Source of the DNA: a virus
Direction: 5' to 3' (one strand)
IMG/VR virus record: IMGVR_UViG_3300045988_105372
Span: 51,462 to 115,461 of that record
DNA length: 64,000 bases
Position numbers and translations under genes: made by a program. The notes below the pieces were generated by a model. The model did not search any database. It had not been told where the DNA came from and was given only the letters and a program-made list of their open reading frames with translations. Shown in pieces: positions 56,728 to 64,000 of this stretch (position 1 is the stretch's first letter; the number at the start of each line of letters is the position of its first letter).

Positions 56728-56731
56728 TTCT

Positions 56732-57145
56732 TTACTTAGTACCAATTACGTTATTAAAACGTTTTGCTCCACCATAGTTTTCAAGAGTTTCAATATCAGC
56801 TGTGAAACCTTTGAAACCCTTCTCGTTGATGATTTTAACGGCGTCATCAACATCAGCCGCTCCAGGTGCCAACATAGCCAGCACTCGGTTACAATTAATA
56901 GTACGAACGCCATCTAATCCCTCTATAGTGACGTTAGCCATGGTGGCAACTACTGCCTTTGAGGCAGCAATTCCTCTCATAACATCACCTGGCATTGGTT
57001 GTTCACTAGCTGACACTGAAGTGTCATCAGTGAATGTAAATTTGATACCTGTGGCTTTGCCGTTCAATGCAGCCTGAATGGCTGCAGCACCCATGCTTAC
57101 TTGGCGGAGTGTCAAATTGCCACCGCCCTTAACTGAAATTTTCAT
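56732..57145 (-). CDS. hypothetical protein (137 aa), ~43% GC vs ~30% locally (possibly highly expressed or acquired)
   Basis: ORF track; composition. Confidence 0.5.
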   Translation of the reverse strand: MKISVKGGGNLTLRQVSMGAAAIQAALNGKATGIKFTFTDDTSVSASEQPMPGDVMRGIAASKAVVATMANVTIEGLDGVRTINCNRVLAMLAPGAADVDDAVKIINEKGFKGFTADIETLENYGGAKRFNNVIGTK

Positions 57146-57549
57146 AATCTTTAACTTTTTAAAATGTTTGTTAATTTTTTGTTTGGTTTTTACTCCAAAT
57201 ATGTGGGGGGCTCTAAGGGGCAGTGAACACCCGTGTAAATCACTAAATTTAATTAAAAATTAACTACTTCAATAAAAGCCATTAATGTAACAGTTCCTAA
57301 AAAATAACGGGGGGGAATATATAAAGTAACCTTAAAAATTTTAAAATTTTAAAAATGTAAAATATTTTTCACGTATAAGATAAGAAGAGTATTTTCATAA
57401 CTCCTTGATTATCAGACACTTACAAATTTTTTATGCACTCACAGATTTATTTTATTCATTGGAGGATTCACTTCATTCATTCCTACATTTGTTCTATTCA
57501 TAATTTTTGTGACATAATTTTTGTGAATTTATTTTGAATCATATAAAAA

Positions 57550-58029
57550 ATGAATAAATTAATTTTAATTAAAACAAATGTTAATATGAAACAAATAGAA
57601 TCAATTAAAGTTGGAGTGGGTGGAGAGATATTATCAGCTGAAGTTAAAACTATTAAAACTGTTAGTGCTGAACAATTCTGCCAGATATATTTAAGAGATA
57701 ATGAAGAATTTTATAAGTTATCTAAAGCAGAGTCTAATGTATTAGCTGTTTTATGGTATACTTCTAATTATTATGAAGATAAAGATAGGGCACTTCCAGG
57801 AAATAAGATTTCTTTAGATGAAGAACTTAGAGATACTATTAAAATTAAAACTAACTTAGCTGCTGGAACTATACGTAATACTATTACTTCTTTAGTAAAG
57901 AAAAAGATGTTATTAAAAGATTCTAGATATAAAGCTGTTTACTATTTAAATCCTGAATACTTTTTTAAAAGTAAAATATCTGATAGAACTCAAATTATAA
58001 AAAATATAATTGAGTATAAGTTTATTTAG
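57550..58029 (+). CDS. putative winged-helix DNA-binding / RepL-like replication-regulatory protein (159 aa)
   Basis: first gene of a short plus-strand block; weak resemblance to RepL-type proteins; tentative. Confidence 0.4.
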   Translation: MNKLILIKTNVNMKQIESIKVGVGGEILSAEVKTIKTVSAEQFCQIYLRDNEEFYKLSKAESNVLAVLWYTSNYYEDKDRALPGNKISLDEELRDTIKIKTNLAAGTIRNTITSLVKKKMLLKDSRYKAVYYLNPEYFFKSKISDRTQIIKNIIEYKFI

Positions 58030-58239
58030 TAATTGAATTTTTAAAATTTTAATTTTAATTTCTTAAAATATTAACTTTTACAAAAATTAACTTTTAATAT
58101 TCTCTACCTCGACTATATTACTCGTGTAATCAAAAAGAGATATTAAATGAATAAAGAACAACTAATACAAAGTATTAAAGACCTTCCTGATTAGTATAAT
58201 ATAAATTTATAGGTTATTGATAATGTAATTCATATAACC

Positions 58240-58449
58240 ATGACTAAAAAGGTAGATGAATTTGAAGAATATTGTAGTAAATTAGATGATGAAACATTTA
58301 ACAATGCTTGTCTAATATTTGGAATTATCTCAGATATATCTTTAGAAGATTTTTCTTCTAATTTAGATAATTCTAAATATAAAAAATATAAACAAGAATT
58401 TAAACACATAGTTGATTTTTTAAATGATAGAAACATTACAAAAAATTAA
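58240..58449 (+). CDS. hypothetical protein (69 aa)
   Basis: ORF track; plus-strand block. Confidence 0.35.
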   Translation: MTKKVDEFEEYCSKLDDETFNNACLIFGIISDISLEDFSSNLDNSKYKKYKQEFKHIVDFLNDRNITKN

Positions 58450-58636
58450 TAAGATAGTTCCTAATCTTACAGTATCTCAATTAATAGAACTAGTAAATAT
58501 TATTAATGGACCTAAATTAACTATAGACAATATGGTTTTAAAAGATATACCACATAATGGGTTTATTACAGTAGACACTAATAGTATTAAAACTACTTCT
58601 ACTGAAAATCCTTTTAGTGTTAGTAGTTATCTATAA
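58424..58636 (+). CDS. hypothetical protein (70 aa)
   Basis: ORF track. Confidence 0.35.
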   Translation: MIETLQKINKIVPNLTVSQLIELVNIINGPKLTIDNMVLKDIPHNGFITVDTNSIKTTSTENPFSVSSYL

Positions 58637-58940
58637 AGATAATATTCTCCTATGGTGTAATGGTTAGCACAGAAGACTCTTAATATAAGGAGCTTTATAT
58701 GGCGACATATATTGAAACTCTTCCCCTAATAAACCGAAACCTCGAATATAGTAATATATTCTTTGGCGAGGGCTTACTAAATTAACTTATAAAAGTTATA
58801 AATGGCGTAGAGACTATACAGGGAAGCATCTCTAGTAGATGAAGAAATAGTCCAGACTACAACATCCTAATAGGATGGCTTATGTAAAAGTAAGAGTAGT
58901 ATGAAATCTTTTAGTCAGGGTTCGAATCCTTGTGGGAGAA
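58636..58940 (+). tRNA. intron-containing amber suppressor tRNA, tRNA-Sup(CUA), Gln-like D-arm; exons 58636-58670 and 58904-58940
   Basis: exon1 TCTCCTA-TG-GTGT-AATGGTTA-GCAC-A-GAAGA-CUCU; exon2 AAA-TCTTT-TAGT-CAGGG-TTCGAAT-CCTTG-TGGGAGA-A; spliced anticodon loop CUCUAAA. Confidence 0.7.
58671..58903 (+). other. 233-nt group I intron in anticodon loop (between positions 35 and 36) of the suppressor tRNA
   Basis: 5' splice after U pairing to G of internal guide GGAG (P1 CUCU/GGAG), terminal G at 58903, core-like AGAGACTATAC ... AATAGTCCAGACTAC (P7 GACUA/UAGUC). Confidence 0.6.
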
Positions 58941-58941
58941 C

Positions 58942-59223
58942 ATGATAGCAGCAATTTATGAATTAAATGGTAAGATTTTAAAAACAACTAATCTTACTAA
59001 AAAATTAAAACGATTAAAATCAGAACCTAAGATTCTATTTCAATTAGAAAATGGAACAGAAGCTGATTTAGACCAATGGATTAAAGACAACCAAAATATA
59101 AATTCTAATTTAGAAGAAGATATAGAAATTAAAAAATATCATTATAGAAATCCAATTACAGGATATACAATGACTTCTATATATGATAATCTAGATGTTA
59201 ATGGTTATATAAAAATTGATTAA
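58942..59223 (+). CDS. hypothetical protein (start trimmed to MIAAIYELNGK so as not to overlap tRNA 3' exon)
   Basis: ORF track 58930..59223. Confidence 0.4.
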   Translation: MIAAIYELNGKILKTTNLTKKLKRLKSEPKILFQLENGTEADLDQWIKDNQNINSNLEEDIEIKKYHYRNPITGYTMTSIYDNLDVNGYIKID

Positions 59224-59412
59224 TGACTAACAAAGAATTAAAAGACTTAAAGTCTAAAATGAACAAAGTACTTAATGAAGTACAGTAGATTATTGATACT
59301 ATAGGAGATAATGATTTACAAGATAATCAATTAACTCTTGATTTTTGTGATAAGTTAAATGAATTATCTGTTACTTATTAATAAATATTTGGGGATGGAT
59401 ATTTATTAATTT

Positions 59413-59460
59413 AAAAAAATAGCCGAGGCTTCTCATTTGAGAAACTTCGGCTATTGTGGT
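59413..59460. terminator. bidirectional rho-independent terminator between convergent plus block and minus late block
   Basis: hairpin AGCCGAGG-CTTCTCA-TT-TGAGAAA-CTTCGGCT (59421-59453) flanked by A8 upstream and T-rich downstream. Confidence 0.55.
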
Positions 59461-59465
59461 TTTAA

Positions 59466-60602
59466 TTATTTTATATATAAAAAATTTCCTCCGCCCGTAT
59501 TTTGAGCATCATATTTTAGTAAGTCATCTCTAGTAAATATTTTATCAAAAGTTCTTAATCCTGAATGATAAGTACCATTATCTAAAGTATATAAATCTAC
59601 TGTTTTAACATTGTTTCTAGATTTCATAGCTTCTATCTCATCTCTAATATTATCTATACTTCCGGAAACTAAACGAACTTCTTTACCCGCCTATATAATT
59701 ATTCTTCCTCCAGCTATAGAACCATATTCATCAGTTCTATTATTATTAGCTAAAAAATTTAGTCTGTTATTTACAGATTTACCATTTACTATAGCATTTA
59801 ATATAGGACTTTTTCTAGAACCATTAGAATTACTTTCCATGAATAATACATTATCTTTAGAATCTGTTTTAAAACCAGTAACTGTATTTTTAAATGTTGG
59901 AGAAATCATACTTCCATTAGGAATATCTGAATATTTACCAAAAACAAATTTACCAATAGAATCTATACCTATATAATTCTAATTATTAGGAGATATGCTT
60001 TCTTTAGATTTGAAATTAGAAAAAGCAGTAATAGGAGCTGCTACACTATTTATAGGAGTATAATCACCTCTATTTCTATAACCAAAAGTATGCTTTGTTA
60101 AATTTATGGATTCTGGTATACGATATCTTCTAGAGTTTATTTTAGTAGTATCATTTATAGTATAACTATTTGGAGATATTTCTATTTCTAAATTTTCTCT
60201 CCTCTTATTTTTAGTTACTTTTTTATTAGAAATTTTAATTCTTTTACTAGTATGCTCAGGTTCTGAATCAAAAAATAACTATAGTTTTCTACTTAATCCA
60301 TTTCCTACTAAATTAATCAACTATTTACCACGTTCCCACATTGTTTCTTCTTTCTATTTAGAAGTAGATATTTTTTTAGCAGTGGGCATTTCTTTATATT
60401 TTGCAGGATGGTATACTAAGGTAGATGTTGGTTTAGTAGGATCTACTCCTTTAGCCTAAACCTATGGAAATATTATACTATTAGCTTTATCAGAATTAAT
60501 TTTAAAAGGGACTTTATTTGATTTTCTTCTACCATACAACTACCCATCTTCATACCAATAATCATATATTGAATCATTGTTAGTAATTACCTATACAGCC
60601 AT
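59466..60602 (-). CDS. late-region protein (378 aa) with 10 in-frame TAG codons; function unknown (virion-type gene block)
   Basis: manual translation: frame open for 379 codons with no TAA/TGA in ~72% AT DNA; ends ...NTGGGNFLYIK-TAA. Confidence 0.5.
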
Positions 60603-61723
60603 GGTGTTCTTACTATTACTGGAGTTCCTAACTTATCTAATATTTTTAATCCTAATACAGCTTTACTGTCTAAATCATATGAACTCCATTTCTACTTATA
60701 TTCATCAGGATTAAACTTCCAAATATCTTGTGCTCTATATACTTTCTTACCATTAGATGTTCCTTCCTAAACTAAATGTCCAGCAGCATCAACTCCATTA
60801 TCTCCAAAGTCTAGATTATTATTAGCACCTTTCCAAGGAGTTTTATTAGTTATATTAGAAGCTTTCTACATAGATTTCTTAGTAAAGAAATCTAAAGTTT
60901 CAGTATTTTCATATACAGGAATATCTTTATATGGATATATCTTTCTTATATAATTCTCATGTGGACCATAATCTACATTTATTTTCTTTACTCCATAAGA
61001 AGGATTTATAGTTTTATTATATAAATAAGCATCAATCATATCATTACCTTTAGCTGCTTTCTAAAATCCAGTATATGCTTCAGGAGCATAGGTATTGTAA
61101 CCTACACCAGTTGATATATAAGACAATACTCCAGCATGCTTTTTAGGACTTGCCTTATGCATATTATATACTATGTCTTCTATAGGATTCGCATTATTAG
61201 AAGTTCTCATAGCTACTTCTACTCCACGTTTTAAAGGAGCTTTTACAGCATATCCTATTGCAGGAAGCATTACTAAATAATTACTAGCTTTAGTTGGATT
61301 CTTAGATATATCTAAAGCACCTTTAGTATAATCATATACTGCCTAAGCGGCTGGAGCTAAAGCATAACCTATTCCTGAATTAACTAATGCTTTAATAGGA
61401 CTAGTATTATTATTCCAACTATCTACTTCTCTAGCATAAGCTCCTTTTATAGGATGGGTTCTATTCTTATTACTATAATTATATAATTTAGAATGAGTAT
61501 GTCCTACCTATTTTATAGTCCCTCTATTATCTACAAATACATCTTGTACCCCATTTAAAGTTCTAACGGGAATAACTCTCTACTAATATTTAGCACCAAG
61601 ATATGAAGATTTAAATCTAGGATGATTTAGTCTATTATAATATTCCATATCTATAGCCATCTATTTATTCCGAGTATTATTATTTACTCCTTTATTTTGT
61701 TTACTCTCATCTACTATTGGCAT
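60587..61723 (-). CDS. late-region protein (378 aa) with 9 in-frame TAG codons; contains VGHTHS patch
   Basis: manual translation from ATG 61721-61723 to TAA 60587-60589; track fragment 61061..61270 is an internal piece. Confidence 0.5.
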
Positions 61724-61937
61724 ATTTATACTTTATTTTTCCATATACTAGTTATACTATCAATTCCTAGTAATCCCATACAACAATATAAAACTGTATC
61801 TATCATATCAGGAGCTTGTATCTAACTAATAGAACAGTATATTAGAATAATTAAACTTACTATCCATCCTAATATTCCACACACTCTTTTACTACTTATT
61901 CCAGTATGTGCTGTTATTAATTTAATTAAAAACTATT

Positions 61938-63308
61938 TCATTTCTAAGAATTATTTAAGAACGGTAAACTCATACCTATAGGTGCTGCTATTCTGAGTGC
62001 ATTAGAATCTAACTCAGGAATAGTTAATCGAGAATCTCGTAATATATTTCCAGTTATTCCTTTAAGAGGTATTCTATTTCTTTTCATATTAAGTGGAATT
62101 AAAAAATCCTCATTTATTTCATACTCAATATTAGGATCATTACCTATTATATTAGAAGCTTTATACTAGTTAAGCTACGTTTTTGGTATATCTATATACT
62201 ATAATTCTATAGAATTGTCAACTCCTTCTTTTATAGCTTTTCTTCGAGTATTAGAAGCATATATTAATGTTTTTCTTGGGTTATCAGTAAACCACATTCC
62301 TGTATATTTAGCTGTTCCATCCGGAGATGGAGTAAATTTACCATTAGTACCAGAAGCTCTATATAATCTTACCATACCCTAATCTAATTTAGGTTTCTAA
62401 AATATTCCTACTTCAATAGGTTCTTTAGTTCCCTTCATAGTAAGTTGTCTAGTTCCATTCTAGATAAATCCAAAGTCTTTACCAAATCTATTTATACCAT
62501 GAATACCTCCTTTAGATATAGAACCCCAAGTAGAGAGATTAGCACCTTCAGGTACTTCATCTGCTACCTTAGCAAATAGCTACATTTTATTACCATAACT
62601 TAGACCATTTCTATCTGTTTTAAAATGAACTGAATAATTATTAGGTTCAATATCCTTTACTAGTTCAAATCTTTGATTAGGCTATTGTTTAAAGAAATAA
62701 GAAGTAGCTTCATTTCCTTCAGCTTTTCCAGTACTCCAAGCCTTTCTAGTAGGTTTATAATAAGATAACTGCATAATAGGATTATCTCCTGTTGTATATT
62801 CTTTAGCAGCTAAGTTATTAGTAATTCCTTGAGATACATTTTTAGTTAAATTTCCAGCAGTTTCATTAAGTAAACTATTTCTTGCCCAATGTGAAACGGC
62901 ATTCTAACCCATTTTAGAAAGAGCTATTTTGCCTAAACTCAATCCTAAATTTCCTGCAGCAGTTCCTACTATAAATTCTCCTACTGGATCAGCTCCTGAC
63001 ATAGCCCCTGCTTGAGGATTAGTACTAGTTTTAGTATTTCCCTACTAATCCTTTACTGTAACTACCTCACTATGAGGCACACTCCTCTTAGCTAAAGCTA
63101 TCCTCTCTTTAATTGGTAGATTATTATATTTAGCTTTTAAATTTTTAGCAACAGGCTATAATCTATTTTTTAAATTAGTAGGATTAAGAATTCCCGTAGA
63201 TTGAGCGTTTCTAGTTATTTCCTAATCCTACTTAGATTGTTGCCACGGTAATCCAGTGGTTTTAAAATTTAATTTACCTGCTTTCTAATATTTAGGTATC
63301 CATTTCAT
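61938..63308 (-). CDS. late-region protein (456 aa) with ~17 in-frame TAG codons
   Basis: manual translation from ATG 63306-63308 (MKWIPKY[TAG]KAGKLNFK...) to TGA 61938-61940. Confidence 0.5.
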
Positions 63309-64000
63309 ATCTCTTTAAATATTTATTCCATAACTATCGATCTCTTTCATCTACAAAATTTAGAAATTCTTGTAATTCATTCAATTGTATATTTATATCT
63401 TTCATTTCTTTAGATATATTTTATATTGATCATAAGGATTATCTATATATCTCTATGTAGGAGTCACTGTAATTTCAGGCAGTACAACTCCGCCTTTATA
63501 AATCATAGTAGTCTAACCATCCTAATTACCATCTGCAGTTCCAAATAATGTAAGATTTGGATTTTGCATTCCGAAATCAGTTAAATAAAATTTGATTCCT
63601 GATTTATTAAATTTGCCCCTAGAAGGGTGTGTAGGATGATTACTTAATTTTACATTATCAAGATAATGTTCTCTAGAATTAGGAGTTAACTAAGACAATA
63701 ACTTATTATTAACGTTATTATAATTTCCATTCCCATATTTTACCTAATTAGGAAATTCCCAAATTATATTAGCTAGAGCTCCTGTAGTAAAACTTCCACC
63801 CTACTATAACTACTATGGAGTAGGCAAAACTTTACCTTTTTGATATTTAGGAACTAATTTAAGCATTTCTAAATTTATTTATATATTTTGCAACATTAGT
63901 GCCATTAGCATCAGCGCCTCCTGCAATACCATACTTATAATAATTTTTAGTCCATTTTGGATTTAACCATGATGCTGCTATAGCTTCTCCAGTAGCTGCT
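63292..64000 (-). CDS. late-region protein, 3' end only (continues beyond window), TAG-containing; stop TAA overlaps next start
   Basis: manual translation ...LQEFLNFVDERDR[TAG]LWNKYLKRYEMDT-TAA. Confidence 0.4.

Noticed and set aside
56321-56739. ORFs 56321..56590(+), 56410..56739(+), 56434..56670(-)
   Set aside because: Fall on the C-free/G-free inverted-repeat region; translations are compositional artefacts (P/T/Q/L runs).
57550-58029. Retron/DGR explanation for the long inverted repeat at 56.3-56.5 kb
   Set aside because: No reverse transcriptase gene anywhere in the window; the nearest plus-strand gene is a small DNA-binding-type protein.
59611-61270. ORFs 59611..59976(+), 59691..59909(-), 61061..61270(-)
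   Set aside because: The minus ones are internal fragments of the TAG-containing late genes; the plus one is antisense to them.
1-64000. CRISPR arrays, integrase/att sites, transposases, rRNA
   Set aside because: No regularly spaced direct repeats, no tyrosine/serine recombinase motifs, no rRNA-like conserved blocks were seen.

Overview
AT-rich (~30% GC) segment of a tailed-phage genome with the hallmarks of a crAss-like (Crassvirales) phage of Bacteroidales; that assignment is inference from gene content and codon usage, not from a search. About 57 kb is a densely packed minus-strand array of replication and nucleotide-metabolism genes. These include an ATP-cone ribonucleotide-reductase N-terminus at the left edge, a metallophosphoesterase, a HAD 5'-deoxyribonucleotidase-like protein, a Toprim DNA primase, a DnaB-like helicase, an SF2 helicase, RNase H and P-loop proteins. 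There is a three-gene NAD+ module (Prs-like, macro domain, NAMPT-like), a flotillin/SPFH protein next to an AAA+ ATPase, and several multi-copy paralog families. Two minus-strand tRNA arrays (26.7-27.9 kb and 45.5-49.2 kb) hold about 13 canonical tRNAs and about 7 non-canonical tRNA-like genes. A short plus-strand block (57.5-59.3 kb) contains an amber-suppressor tRNA(CUA) interrupted by a 233-nt group I intron. The rightmost 4.5 kb carries minus-strand late-type genes whose frames contain many in-frame TAG codons but no TAA/TGA, so the ORF track breaks them into fragments; one gene in the early region (470-1813) is also TAG-containing. Other notable points: an SF2 helicase gene interrupted inside its Walker A motif by a ~350-bp element; a 13-bp tandem duplication that splits a ~680-aa gene; several hairpin families with conserved loops and variable stems next to tRNAs and gene starts; a long imperfect inverted repeat with a C-free arm and a G-free arm; and two ~650-nt non-coding regions. 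No rRNA, CRISPR array, integrase or transposase was seen.
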